Shown here one piece after another: positions 45,879-56,400 of a stretch of 64,000 nucleotides of DNA (the first letter of the stretch is position 1; the number at the start of each line of letters is the position of its first letter). The stretch lies in the NCBI RefSeq assembly GCF_013122565.1, contig NZ_CP053258.1; one strand, given 5' to 3'. Source of the stretch: Escherichia coli (GTDB lineage Bacteria > Pseudomonadota > Gammaproteobacteria > Enterobacterales > Enterobacteriaceae). The notes beneath the pieces were generated by a model, which ran no database searches, was not told the DNA's origin, and saw nothing but the letters and a program-made list of their open reading frames with translations. Made by a program: the position numbers and the translations under genes.

Positions 45879-48080
45879 CTACCCCTTCCTGCGCAACAAT
45901 CTTAACGCATTCGCCGTCACCAGCACCGTCGCACCCGTATCTGCCAGCACTGCCAGCCATAGTCCGGTCATCCCTAAAAGCGTGGTGACGAGGAAGATCC
46001 CTTTCAGCCCCAGCGCAATGGTGATGTTCTGGCGGATATTGGCGTGAGTGGCGCGTGCCAGTTCAATCATTTGCACCAGGCCGCGCAGGTGGTTATGGGT
46101 TAATGCTGCGTCGGCGGTTTCCAGCGCCACGTCTGTGCCGCTACCCATTGCAATCCCAATGGCGGCAGCTTTCATCGCTGGCGCGTCGTTAATACCATCA
46201 CCGACCATCGCCAGGGGCGCATGTTGATTCAGCTTGGTCACCGCTTTGACTTTATCTTCCGGCAAGAGGCCCGCTTTAAACTCCAGCCCCAGCTCCCCGG
46301 CAATTGCGGCCGCTGCGCGTGGATTATCGCCGGTGAGGATCACTCCTTTAACCCCCAGCGCGTTCAGTTCACTGATGGCAGTTGCAGCATCGGCGCGCAG
46401 GGTATCCTGTAACGCAATGACACCAAGCACGTCATTGTTACGTACTACCAGCACTACCGTTTGCCCGGCGCTTTCCAGTTCGTTAATTAAACCAGCAAAT
46501 GCATCAGCGGGATGTTTCCCGGCAGCGCATATCAACACGCGCTCACCGTTAACCTGCGCTTCAATGCCAGACCCGACCAGCGCCCGCTGTGATTCGGCGG
46601 CGGGAATGGCGAGTGCAGCAACCTGTGCTTCTCGCACGATGGCCTGCGCCAGTGGATGCGTCGCGCCTTGCTCGACCGCCGCCGCCAGTGTCAGCAGTTC
46701 AGATTCACTAATACCCGTTGCCGGATGAATCGCGGTAACGCGCGGTTTACCGACGGTCAGCGTACCGGTTTTATCAAACGCCACCTGGGTAACATGACCC
46801 AGCTGTTCCAGCGCCGCTCCGCCTTTAATCAACGCCCCACGACGCGCTGCCGCCGCCAGCCCGGAGGTAATCGCCGCAGGCGTTGAGATAACTAACGCAC
46901 ACGGGCAGCCAATCAGCAGCAGCGTCAGCCCTTTATAAATCCACTCCTGCCAGCTGGCGGCAAACAGCAGCGGTGGCACCAGCGTCACCAGCAGAGCGAC
47001 GGCCATAATCGCGGGCGTATAGATACGGCTGAAACGGTCGATAAACCGCTCAATGGGTGCGCGACGCTCTTCGGCTTCTTCGATCAGTTTTAGAATCCGG
47101 TCAATGGCGCTGGCACCCGGTTCTGACAGCACTTCCAGCGTTACCAGACGGTCTACGCTGGTGGCACCAGCAGGGACTTTATCGCCCGTCGCGCGCTCCA
47201 CCGGAATGGATTCTCCGGTCAGGGCGCTTTCATCAAAACTGGCAAACGGTGAGAGCAGTTTACCGTCGGCAGGCAAACGTCCACCTGCGGCGACTTCAAT
47301 CATATCGCCAGGGCGCAGGCTGTTAATCGCCACCTCTTCCCGCTCACCGTTACGCAGGCGCGTGGCGGTTTCTGGTTTCAGCGCCATTAACGCGCTAACG
47401 CCCTGACGCGCGCGGCTGGCGGCCCAGCCTTCCAGTCGTTCACCAATCAAAAACAGCAGCAACACCATCGCAGCTTCAGCCGTTGCGCCAATAAACAGTG
47501 CACCAATAGCGGCTACGCTCATTAAGGTTTCAATGGCGAAGTAGCTGCCGGATTTGATCAGCCGTAATGCCTGACGAGCAATCGGGTACAGCCCAACCAG
47601 CGTGGTCGCGATAAACGCCAGTTGCCCGAACGGATGATTAAATTGCTCCAAACCCCAGCTGATTGCCATCATCACGATAAGCGTAATCAGCGGCAGATTC
47701 TCTTTCAGGCGCGATGCTTGTGGCTCGTCGGCGGCCTGCTCATCGCGCAGGGAATAGCCCGCTTTTTGCACCGCAGATTCAACTTGTGCACGGATGTCAT
47801 TGTCGGCATCAACCACCAGTTTTTCGGTGGCGAACAACACCTGTACCTGATTCACGCCTGCAAGCTGGCGCACGGCATTTTCTACCTTGCGCGCACAGGC
47901 GGCGCAGTCCATGCCGCTGACTTTCCAGCTATAGCGGGTGCCGGAGACGTTTTCAGAGAGAGTTGGCGTGCTGGAACATGCGCCGTCGCAGCAACAGTCG
48001 TTGGCGTTCTGTACCGTGGTTAGCGGTTTGAACGCAGCAAATTGAGGGGCTTTCTTGCCGTGATTGTCAGGAGTCGACAT
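45879..48080 (-). CDS. zntA: Zn(II)/Cd(II)/Pb(II)-translocating P-type ATPase ZntA (about 732 aa)
   Basis: N-terminal CCCDGAC and GMDCAAC metal-binding motifs, CPC transmembrane motif, DKTGT phosphorylation site. Confidence 0.95.
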   Translation of the reverse strand: MSTPDNHGKKAPQFAAFKPLTTVQNANDCCCDGACSSTPTLSENVSGTRYSWKVSGMDCAACARKVENAVRQLAGVNQVQVLFATEKLVVDADNDIRAQVESAVQKAGYSLRDEQAADEPQASRLKENLPLITLIVMMAISWGLEQFNHPFGQLAFIATTLVGLYPIARQALRLIKSGSYFAIETLMSVAAIGALFIGATAEAAMVLLLFLIGERLEGWAASRARQGVSALMALKPETATRLRNGEREEVAINSLRPGDMIEVAAGGRLPADGKLLSPFASFDESALTGESIPVERATGDKVPAGATSVDRLVTLEVLSEPGASAIDRILKLIEEAEERRAPIERFIDRFSRIYTPAIMAVALLVTLVPPLLFAASWQEWIYKGLTLLLIGCPCALVISTPAAITSGLAAAARRGALIKGGAALEQLGHVTQVAFDKTGTLTVGKPRVTAIHPATGISESELLTLAAAVEQGATHPLAQAIVREAQVAALAIPAAESQRALVGSGIEAQVNGERVLICAAGKHPADAFAGLINELESAGQTVVLVVRNNDVLGVIALQDTLRADAATAISELNALGVKGVILTGDNPRAAAAIAGELGLEFKAGLLPEDKVKAVTKLNQHAPLAMVGDGINDAPAMKAAAIGIAMGSGTDVALETADAALTHNHLRGLVQMIELARATHANIRQNITIALGLKGIFLVTTLLGMTGLWLAVLADTGATVLVTANALRLLRRKG

Positions 48081-48122
48081 GGCATCCTCCGGTTAAGTTT
48101 TTTCTCATTAACCGAAGGATAC

Positions 48123-48144
48123 ACTCTGGAGTCGACTCCAGAGT
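48123..48144. promoter_or_regulatory. ZntR (MerR-family) operator within the zntA promoter
   Basis: Perfect 22-bp palindrome ACTCTGGAGTCGACTCCAGAGT between a TTGACT -35 and a TATCCT-like -10 on the minus strand, giving the long spacer typical of MerR-type promoters. Confidence 0.7.
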
Positions 48145-48153
48145 CAAGTTTTA

Positions 48154-48780
48154 TCAGAGATACAGCGAGCGGACGATGAGGAAGTGACCGGCAAAGTAGC
48201 AGGCCGCAGCAATCGCGTTATCCGCATGGAAGCGTCGGCGATAGTGGCTACCCAGCCAGACAAAGTTACTGATAAACAGCAACGAAGCGCCAACAAACGC
48301 AGAGAGTGCCGGAGCGGTCGGACGGAAGAACCACAGTTCACCTGCCAGCCACACCATCACCAGCGTCATGCCGATAAACGTGCAGATAGGCCAACGATAC
48401 TCTTCCAGCCGCGTCCAGATAATCGCCAGTAACAGCGCGCCCAGAACCAGCAACACCAGTGGCAGAGGCCAGAAGAAAGAGAGCGTCATCTGACTGGCGA
48501 AATAGATGGTGTACAGCAGGTGCGAGAGGAAAAACGCGCCGATGGCGTACATCAGACGTTGACGTGGCAACAGGGTTAGCGCATCGCCCAGCAGTGAGGC
48601 GCACAGCCCTGCCAGCACCAGATAGCTAATGGCGTCGAACATCGGCGCTTGCCAGGCCAGTAACAGCAGGAGAAGAAGGGTTAACGGTTTAAACACCCAG
48701 CGTTGCCAGGTAGGCCCACGATACGATGCATCCACAGATAGCCATGCGGAAAGACAGACAGCGATAAACGACCAAAGCAT
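48154..48780 (-). CDS. yhhN: Inner membrane protein YhhN (208 aa)
   Basis: Polytopic membrane protein; synteny. Confidence 0.8.
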   Translation of the reverse strand: MLWSFIAVCLSAWLSVDASYRGPTWQRWVFKPLTLLLLLLLAWQAPMFDAISYLVLAGLCASLLGDALTLLPRQRLMYAIGAFFLSHLLYTIYFASQMTLSFFWPLPLVLLVLGALLLAIIWTRLEEYRWPICTFIGMTLVMVWLAGELWFFRPTAPALSAFVGASLLFISNFVWLGSHYRRRFHADNAIAAACYFAGHFLIVRSLYL

Positions 48781-48920
48781 CTTAGTTCCTTGAATTCGTT
48801 ATTTTTTCGTAAGCGGAATGCCTACGGTCTTGCTTCCAGTTTAGTGGCGAGGGTGGACGGATGACAACACCATAACTGGCAGGGTATGCTTATTTCCGCA
48901 TTTTCCGATGAGGGATAAAG

Positions 48921-49280
48921 ATGAGCAAACCACCTCTTTTCTTTATTGTTATCATTGGCTTAATTGTCGTCGCCGCATCGTTTCGTTTTATGCAACAGCG
49001 ACGGGAAAAAGCTGATAATGATATGGCACCGCTCCAGCAAAAGCTGGTGGTGGTGAGCAACAAGCGGGAAAAACCGATTAACGATCGCCGTTCGCGCCAG
49101 CAGGAAGTGACTCCGGCAGGCACCAGTATGCGCTATGAGGCAAGCTTCAAACCGCAAAGCGGAGGAATGGAGCAGACGTTTCGCCTCGACGCCCAGCAGT
49201 ACCACGCCCTGACAGTGGGCGATAAAGGTACGCTGAGCTATAAAGGAACGCGCTTTGTCAGCTTTGTTGGCGAACAATAA
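48921..49280 (+). CDS. yhhM: DUF2500-family protein YhhM (119 aa)
   Basis: N-terminal TM segment; synteny. Confidence 0.75.
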   Translation: MSKPPLFFIVIIGLIVVAASFRFMQQRREKADNDMAPLQQKLVVVSNKREKPINDRRSRQQEVTPAGTSMRYEASFKPQSGGMEQTFRLDAQQYHALTVGDKGTLSYKGTRFVSFVGEQ

Positions 49281-49282
49281 TG

Positions 49283-49552
49283 CTATTTTTTGAGGTTAAT
49301 TTTCTTCTGCCAGGCCAATAGTTCAAACACGCCGAAAAGGAAAATACGCACCTTTTCGGCGGTGGTTAGCTGCGGACTATCCTTCGGTAGGGTCGATTTG
49401 AGTAGCGCCAGTTGCATGGCATGCATCAGCACGGTAAAGATCAGCGCCACGTTAACGAAAATATTCAGCGGACGCGGGAAGGGATGCACCAGGTTGAGGA
49501 TTAAAAATCCCCAAACGCAGAGCATTAACAAACGTCCAATATTAATCAGCAT
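49283..49552 (-). CDS. yhhL: Small membrane protein YhhL (89 aa from MLINIGRLLM)
   Basis: Hydrophobic small protein; synteny upstream of rsmD. Confidence 0.7.
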   Translation of the reverse strand: MLINIGRLLMLCVWGFLILNLVHPFPRPLNIFVNVALIFTVLMHAMQLALLKSTLPKDSPQLTTAEKVRIFLFGVFELLAWQKKINLKK

Positions 49553-50138
49553 CACTTTCTCCTTGTGCTTCGCGTTGATACAGCCGATAAGCCACCTGAC
49601 CCGCCACTTTTTCCCGATATAATGACCAGTTCGCCGGAACGGTGGGCAGACCGTTTTCGACTTCGCTTTCGACATAAATCAGGGCTTCGTCAGCCAGCCA
49701 GTCGTTATCTTCCAGTAAATTTATCGTCTCTTCTAACAAGCCACGGCGGAACGGTGGATCGACAAACACGATATTATGCGGTGTGCCTTTTTGCGCCAGG
49801 AATGACATCGCGTTGCTGTTCACCACGCGTGCATTGCCTGCTTTTAGTGTCGCCAGATTCTTAATTAACTGCTGAGAAACCGCGCGATCCATCTCAATCA
49901 ACGTGGCCCCCGCAGCGTAGCGCGATAACGCTTCCAGTCCCAGCGCGCCGCTTCCGGCGAAGCAATCCAGACATTGGGCGTCAACAATGACCGGAGCCAG
50001 CCAGTTAAATAACGTTTCGCGTACGCGGTCGGTGGTGGGGCGCAGACCTGGGCTATCAGGAACCGGGAGTTTACGGCCTCGCCACTGCCCGCCAATAATG
50101 CGGATTTGGCCGCTGCCGGAATGATTCGGTTTTTTCAT
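49542..50138 (-). CDS. rsmD: 16S rRNA m2G966 methyltransferase RsmD (198 aa)
   Basis: SAM-MTase motifs (LDCFAGSGALGLEALSR; DPPF); synteny divergent from ftsY. Confidence 0.9.
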   Translation of the reverse strand: MKKPNHSGSGQIRIIGGQWRGRKLPVPDSPGLRPTTDRVRETLFNWLAPVIVDAQCLDCFAGSGALGLEALSRYAAGATLIEMDRAVSQQLIKNLATLKAGNARVVNSNAMSFLAQKGTPHNIVFVDPPFRRGLLEETINLLEDNDWLADEALIYVESEVENGLPTVPANWSLYREKVAGQVAYRLYQREAQGESDAD

Positions 50139-50287
50139 AATAAATTGCTCAATCCGCCAGATAACACATACTTGCAGGCGGTGATGTGAATTAAGTTAAG
50201 TGATAGACTATTTCATCATTTTTTTAGCTGCTATGTACATAGCGTTAACGCTGTGCCATGAAGCAACAGCGAGGAGTGTAGTCGCAA

Positions 50288-51784
50288 ATGGCGAAAGAAA
50301 AAAAACGTGGCTTTTTTTCCTGGCTGGGCTTTGGTCAAAAAGAGCAGACCCCGGAAAAAGAGACAGAAGTTCAGAATGAACAACCGGTTGTAGAAGAAAT
50401 CGTTCAGGCGCAAGAGCCTGCGAAGGCTTCGGAACACGCCGTTGAAGAGCAGCCGCAGGCGCATACTGAGGCCGAAGCGGAAACTTTTGCTGCCGAAGTT
50501 GTGGAAGTCACTGAACAGGTTGCTGAAAGTGAAAAAGCGCAGCCTGAAGCGGAAGTCGTTGCACAGCCGGAACTGGTCGCAGAAGAAACGCCGGAGCCAG
50601 TGGCTATCGAGCGTGAAGAGCTGCCGTTGCCGGAAGACGTCAACGCCGAAGCGGTTTCGCCAGAAGAGTGGCAGGCCGCAGCGGAAACCGTAGAGATTGT
50701 CGAAGCGGCGGAAGAAGAAGCGGCTAAAGAAGAAATCGCCGACGAAGAGCTGGAAGCACAGGCGCTGGCTGCCGAAGCGGCAGAAGAGGCGGTGATGGTG
50801 GTTCCTCCGGCAGAAGAAGAGCAGCCGGTGGAAGAAATCGCTCAGGAGCAGGAAAAACCGACCAAAGAAGGTTTCTTCGCGCGCCTGAAACGCAGCCTGT
50901 TAAAAACCAAAGAAAATCTCGGTTCCGGATTTATCAGCCTGTTCCGCGGTAAAAAAATCGACGATGATTTGTTTGAGGAGCTGGAAGAGCAGCTTTTGAT
51001 CGCCGATGTGGGCGTGGAAACCACACGTAAAATTATCACCAATCTGACGGAAGGCGCATCCCGCAAGCAGCTTCGTGATGCCGAGGCGCTCTATGGCCTG
51101 CTGAAAGAAGAGATGGGTGAGATTCTGGCGAAAGTCGATGAGCCGCTGAATGTTGAAGGCAAAGCGCCGTTTGTGATCCTGATGGTGGGCGTCAACGGTG
51201 TGGGTAAAACCACGACGATTGGTAAGCTGGCACGTCAGTTTGAGCAGCAGGGTAAATCGGTGATGCTGGCGGCGGGCGATACTTTCCGTGCAGCAGCGGT
51301 TGAGCAGCTTCAGGTCTGGGGTCAGCGCAACAATATTCCGGTGATTGCCCAGCATACCGGGGCGGATTCCGCTTCGGTTATCTTCGACGCCATTCAGGCA
51401 GCTAAAGCGCGTAATATCGACGTCCTGATTGCCGATACCGCCGGACGCCTGCAGAACAAATCGCACCTGATGGAAGAGTTGAAGAAAATCGTCCGCGTGA
51501 TGAAGAAACTCGACGTTGAAGCGCCGCATGAAGTTATGCTGACTATCGATGCCAGCACCGGGCAGAACGCGGTAAGCCAGGCCAAACTGTTTCACGAAGC
51601 CGTTGGCTTAACCGGCATCACGCTAACGAAACTGGACGGCACGGCGAAAGGCGGGGTAATTTTCTCGGTGGCTGACCAGTTTGGTATCCCTATCCGCTAC
51701 ATTGGTGTCGGCGAACGTATTGAGGATTTGCGTCCGTTTAAGGCGGACGACTTTATAGAGGCACTTTTTGCCCGAGAGGATTAA
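50288..51784 (+). CDS. ftsY: Signal recognition particle receptor FtsY (acidic A-domain plus NG GTPase domain)
   Basis: Glu/Ala-rich N-terminal low-complexity domain; GTPase motifs GVNGVGKTT and DTAGR. Confidence 0.95.
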   Translation: MAKEKKRGFFSWLGFGQKEQTPEKETEVQNEQPVVEEIVQAQEPAKASEHAVEEQPQAHTEAEAETFAAEVVEVTEQVAESEKAQPEAEVVAQPELVAEETPEPVAIEREELPLPEDVNAEAVSPEEWQAAAETVEIVEAAEEEAAKEEIADEELEAQALAAEAAEEAVMVVPPAEEEQPVEEIAQEQEKPTKEGFFARLKRSLLKTKENLGSGFISLFRGKKIDDDLFEELEEQLLIADVGVETTRKIITNLTEGASRKQLRDAEALYGLLKEEMGEILAKVDEPLNVEGKAPFVILMVGVNGVGKTTTIGKLARQFEQQGKSVMLAAGDTFRAAAVEQLQVWGQRNNIPVIAQHTGADSASVIFDAIQAAKARNIDVLIADTAGRLQNKSHLMEELKKIVRVMKKLDVEAPHEVMLTIDASTGQNAVSQAKLFHEAVGLTGITLTKLDGTAKGGVIFSVADQFGIPIRYIGVGERIEDLRPFKADDFIEALFARED

Positions 51785-51786
51785 CA

Positions 51787-52455
51787 ATGATTCGCTTTGA
51801 ACATGTCAGCAAGGCTTATCTCGGTGGGAGACAGGCGCTGCAGGGCGTTACGTTCCATATGCAGCCGGGTGAGATGGCGTTTCTGACCGGTCATTCTGGC
51901 GCAGGGAAAAGTACCCTCCTGAAGCTGATCTGTGGGATTGAGCGGCCCAGCGCCGGGAAAATCTGGTTTAGCGGCCATGACATCACGCGTCTGAAAAACC
52001 GTGAAGTTCCGTTTCTGCGCCGCCAGATTGGCATGATTTTCCAGGATCACCATCTACTGATGGACCGTACTGTCTACGATAACGTGGCGATCCCGCTTAT
52101 TATCGCCGGTGCCAGCGGTGACGATATTCGTCGCCGGGTGTCGGCGGCACTGGATAAAGTCGGGCTACTGGACAAAGCGAAGAACTTCCCTATTCAGCTT
52201 TCTGGCGGTGAACAACAGCGTGTTGGCATTGCCCGCGCGGTGGTGAACAAGCCCGCGGTACTGCTGGCGGACGAACCGACTGGTAACCTGGACGACGCGT
52301 TGTCGGAAGGGATTCTACGTCTGTTTGAAGAGTTTAACCGCGTAGGGGTAACCGTATTGATGGCAACGCACGACATCAACCTGATTTCACGGCGTTCCTA
52401 TCGCATGCTCACCCTGAGCGATGGTCACTTGCATGGAGGCGTGGGCCATGAATAA
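51787..52455 (+). CDS. ftsE: Cell-division ABC ATPase FtsE (222 aa)
   Basis: Walker [18 protein letters not shown] signature. Confidence 0.95.
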
Positions 52456-53506
52456 GCGCGATGCAATCAATCATATTCGGCAGTTTGGCGGGCGTCTGGA
52501 TCGCTTCCGTAAATCGGTCGGCGGCTCTGGCGACGGCGGTCGTAACGCGCCGAAACGCGCGAAATCCTCGCCAAAACCGGTAAATCGCAAAACCAACGTT
52601 TTCAACGAACAGGTGCGCTATGCCTTCCACGGCGCATTGCAGGATCTGAAAAGCAAACCGTTCGCCACGTTTTTAACGGTGATGGTTATCGCCATCTCCC
52701 TGACGCTGCCCAGCGTCTGTTATATGGTGTACAAAAACGTTAACCAGGCGGCGACGCAGTATTATCCGTCACCGCAAATCACTGTTTACTTGCAAAAAAC
52801 GCTGGACGATGACGCCGCTGCGGGCGTGGTGGCACAGTTGCAGGCCGAGCAAGGCGTGGAGAAAGTGAACTATCTTTCTCGTGAAGATGCACTGGGCGAG
52901 TTCCGTAACTGGTCTGGTTTTGGTGGTGCGCTGGATATGCTGGAAGAAAACCCGCTTCCGGCAGTGGCGGTGGTGATCCCGAAACTCGATTTTCAGGGGA
53001 CGGAGTCACTCAATACGCTGCGCGACCGTATCACGCAGATTAACGGCATTGACGAAGTGCGGATGGATGACAGCTGGTTTGCCCGCCTGGCGGCGTTGAC
53101 CGGGCTGGTCGGGCGCGTTTCGGCGATGATCGGCGTGTTGATGGTGGCGGCAGTGTTCCTCGTCATCGGTAACAGTGTACGCCTGAGTATCTTTGCTCGT
53201 CGTGACTCCATTAACGTGCAGAAACTGATTGGTGCAACGGATGGTTTCATCCTGCGCCCGTTCCTGTACGGTGGCGCATTGCTGGGGTTTTCTGGCGCAT
53301 TGTTGTCACTAATTTTGTCAGAAATTCTGGTACTGCGATTGTCATCGGCGGTTGCGGAAGTGGCACAGGTTTTCGGAACGAAGTTTGATATCAATGGCTT
53401 ATCGTTCGATGAATGCCTGCTATTGCTGCTGGTATGCTCGATGATTGGCTGGGTGGCAGCGTGGCTTGCCACGGTACAACATTTACGCCACTTTACGCCT
53501 GAATAA
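52448..53506 (+). CDS. ftsX: Cell-division permease-like protein FtsX (352 aa from MNKRDAINH)
   Basis: 4-TM FtsX-type translation; 8-nt overlap with ftsE. Confidence 0.9.
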
Positions 53507-53628
53507 TAAAAGCGTGTTATACTCTTTCCCTGCAATGGGTTCCGTAGCAGGGAAAGAGATCCCGTTGTCTCTTCCCGGTATTTCATCTCTATGTCACATT
53601 TTGTGCGTAATTTATTCACAAGCTTGCA

Positions 53629-53658
53629 TTGAACTTGTGGATAAAATCACGGTCTGAT
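53629..53658 (+). promoter_or_regulatory. rpoH sigmaE-dependent promoter (P3) overlapping a DnaA box
   Basis: GAACTT -N16- TCTGA matches the sigmaE consensus; the embedded tgtggataa is the reverse complement of the DnaA box TTATCCACA. Confidence 0.7.
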
Positions 53659-53750
53659 AAAACAGTGAATGATAACCTCGTTGCTCTTAAGCTCTGGCAC
53701 AGTTGTTGCTACCACTGAAGCGCCAGAAGATATCGATTGAGAGGATTTGA

Positions 53751-54605
53751 ATGACTGACAAAATGCAAAGTTTAGCTTTAGCCCCAGTTGGCAACCTGGA
53801 TTCCTACATCCGGGCAGCTAACGCGTGGCCGATGTTGTCGGCTGACGAGGAGCGGGCGCTGGCTGAAAAGCTGCATTACCATGGCGATCTGGAAGCAGCT
53901 AAAACGCTGATCCTGTCTCACCTGCGGTTTGTTGTTCATATTGCTCGTAATTATGCGGGCTATGGCCTGCCACAGGCGGATTTGATTCAGGAAGGTAACA
54001 TCGGCCTGATGAAAGCAGTGCGCCGTTTCAACCCGGAAGTGGGTGTGCGCCTGGTCTCCTTCGCCGTTCACTGGATCAAAGCAGAGATCCACGAATACGT
54101 TCTGCGTAACTGGCGTATCGTCAAAGTTGCGACCACCAAAGCGCAGCGCAAACTGTTCTTCAACCTGCGTAAAACCAAGCAGCGTCTGGGCTGGTTTAAC
54201 CAGGATGAAGTCGAAATGGTGGCCCGTGAACTGGGCGTAACCAGCAAAGACGTACGTGAGATGGAATCACGTATGGCGGCACAGGACATGACCTTTGACC
54301 TGTCTTCCGACGACGATTCCGACAGCCAGCCGATGGCACCGGTGCTCTATCTGCAGGATAAATCATCTAACTTTGCCGACGGCATTGAAGATGATAACTG
54401 GGAAGAGCAGGCAGCAAACCGTCTGACCGACGCGATGCAGGGTCTGGACGAACGCAGCCAGGACATCATCCGCGCGCGCTGGCTGGACGAAGACAACAAG
54501 TCCACGTTGCAGGAACTGGCTGACCGTTACGGTGTTTCCGCTGAGCGTGTGCGCCAGCTGGAAAAGAACGCGATGAAAAAACTGCGCGCTGCTATTGAAG
54601 CGTAA
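53751..54605 (+). CDS. rpoH: RNA polymerase sigma-32 (heat-shock sigma factor RpoH, 284 aa)
   Basis: Full-length match to RpoH, including the [14 protein letters not shown] region. Confidence 0.95.
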   Translation: MTDKMQSLALAPVGNLDSYIRAANAWPMLSADEERALAEKLHYHGDLEAAKTLILSHLRFVVHIARNYAGYGLPQADLIQEGNIGLMKAVRRFNPEVGVRLVSFAVHWIKAEIHEYVLRNWRIVKVATTKAQRKLFFNLRKTKQRLGWFNQDEVEMVARELGVTSKDVREMESRMAAQDMTFDLSSDDDSDSQPMAPVLYLQDKSSNFADGIEDDNWEEQAANRLTDAMQGLDERSQDIIRARWLDEDNKSTLQELADRYGVSAERVRQLEKNAMKKLRAAIEA

Positions 54606-54874
54606 TTTCTGCTATTAAGCAGAGAACCCTGGATGAGAGTCCGGGGTTTTGTTTTTTGGGCCTCTGTAATAATCAATTTCCCCTCCGGCAAAACGCCAAT
54701 CCCCACGCAGATTGTTAATAAACTGTCAAAATAGCTATTCCAATATCATAAAAATCGGGTATGTTTTAGCAGAGTATGCTGCTAAAGCACGGGTAGTCAT
54801 GCATAAAACGAAATAAAGTGCTGAACAACAACATCACAACACACGTAATAACCAGAAGAATGGGGATTCTCAGG

Positions 54875-55978
54875 ATGAACATAAAGGGTAAAGCGTTACT
54901 GGCAGGATGTATCGCGCTGGCATTCAGCAATATGGCTCTGGCAGAAGATATTAAAGTCGCTGTCGTGGGCGCAATGTCCGGGCCGGTGGCACAGTACGGT
55001 GACCAGGAGTTTACTGGCGCTGAGCAGGCGGTAGCGGATATCAACGCTAAAGGCGGCATTAAAGGCAACAAACTGCAAATCGTAAAATATGACGATGCCT
55101 GTGACCCGAAACAGGCGGTTGCGGTGGCGAACAAAGTCGTTAACGACGGCATTAAATACGTGATTGGTCACCTCTGTTCTTCATCAACGCAGCCTGCGTC
55201 TGACATCTACGAAGACGAAGGCATTTTAATGATCACCCCAGCGGCAACCGCGCCGGAGCTGACCGCCCGTGGCTATCAGCTGATCCTGCGCACCACCGGC
55301 CTGGACTCCGACCAAGGGCCGACGGCGGCGAAATATATTCTTGAGAAAGTGAAACCGCAGCGTATTGCTATCGTTCACGACAAACAGCAATACGGCGAAG
55401 GTCTGGCGCGAGCGGTGCAGGACGGCCTGAAGAAAGGCAATGCTAACGTGGTGTTCTTTGATGGTATCACCGCCGGGGAAAAAGATTTCTCAACGCTGGT
55501 GGCGCGTCTGAAAAAAGAGAATATCGACTTCGTTTACTACGGCGGTTATCACCCGGAAATGGGGCAAATCCTGCGTCAGGCACGCGCGGCAGGGCTGAAA
55601 ACTCAGTTTATGGGGCCGGAAGGTGTGGCTAACGTTTCGCTGTCTAACATTGCGGGCGAATCAGCGGAAGGGCTGCTGGTGACCAAGCCGAAGAACTACG
55701 ATCAGGTTCCGGCGAACAAACCCATTGTTGATGCGATCAAAGCGAAAAAACAGGACCCAAGCGGCGCATTCGTCTGGACTACCTACGCCGCGCTGCAATC
55801 TTTGCAGGCGGGTCTGAATCAGTCTGACGATCCGGCAGAAATCGCCAAATACCTGAAAGCGAACTCCGTGGATACCGTGATGGGGCCGCTGACGTGGGAT
55901 GAGAAAGGCGATCTGAAAGGCTTTGAGTTCGGCGTATTTGACTGGCACGCCAACGGCACGGCGACCGATGCGAAGTAA
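54875..55978 (+). CDS. livJ: Leu/Ile/Val periplasmic binding protein LivJ (367 aa from [11 protein letters not shown])
   Basis: Signal peptide plus type-I periplasmic binding protein; about 80% identical to the downstream LivK paralog. Confidence 0.9.
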   Translation: MNIKGKALLAGCIALAFSNMALAEDIKVAVVGAMSGPVAQYGDQEFTGAEQAVADINAKGGIKGNKLQIVKYDDACDPKQAVAVANKVVNDGIKYVIGHLCSSSTQPASDIYEDEGILMITPAATAPELTARGYQLILRTTGLDSDQGPTAAKYILEKVKPQRIAIVHDKQQYGEGLARAVQDGLKKGNANVVFFDGITAGEKDFSTLVARLKKENIDFVYYGGYHPEMGQILRQARAAGLKTQFMGPEGVANVSLSNIAGESAEGLLVTKPKNYDQVPANKPIVDAIKAKKQDPSGAFVWTTYAALQSLQAGLNQSDDPAEIAKYLKANSVDTVMGPLTWDEKGDLKGFEFGVFDWHANGTATDAK

Positions 55979-56127
55979 CGGATAGATAAATGAAAATGCC
56001 CGATGCGCTTAACGTCCATCGGGTTTTTTTATGTTTGTCGAAATGGTTGTAGAAAGATTAAACAATCCAGGATATGCTTATTGTACGGTGATGTGCCGTA
56101 CATATTATACGGAGCAGGAGAGTTCAC

Positions 56128-56394
56128 ATGTCTGCTGTTAAAAAGCAGCGTATCGATCTGCGTTTAACTGACGATGACAAAAGTATGATTGAGGAAGCTG
56201 CAGCGATATCTAATCAGTCCGTCAGCCAATTTATGTTGAACAGCGCTTCGCAGCGGGCTGCGGAAGTGATTGAACAGCATCGGCGGGTGATCCTCAATGA
56301 GGAATCCTGGACGCGGGTGATGGATGCGCTGAGTAATCCACCGTCACCAGGTGAAAAGCTAAAACGTGCGGCAAAACGTCTTCAGGGAATGTAA
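56128..56394 (+). CDS. DUF1778 (RHH-like) antitoxin of a GNAT-type toxin-antitoxin pair (88 aa); resembles AtaR/TacA-type antitoxins
   Basis: Small protein followed 7 bp later by a GNAT acetyltransferase ORF; typical antitoxin-toxin order and size; not present at this junction in K-12 (recollection). Confidence 0.6.
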   Translation: MSAVKKQRIDLRLTDDDKSMIEEAAAISNQSVSQFMLNSASQRAAEVIEQHRRVILNEESWTRVMDALSNPPSPGEKLKRAAKRLQGM

Positions 56395-56400
56395 TAATTT

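Noticed and set aside
50400-50900. Glu/Ala/Gln-rich repetitive stretch that might look like a tandem repeat or CRISPR-like periodicity
   Set aside because: It is the acidic A-domain coding region of ftsY (low-complexity protein sequence), not a non-coding repeat array; no direct repeats with spacers are present.
50900-51595. 231-aa minus-strand ORF
   Set aside because: Antisense to the ftsY GTPase domain; a shadow ORF.
52993-53619. 208-aa minus-strand ORF
   Set aside because: Antisense to ftsX; a shadow ORF.
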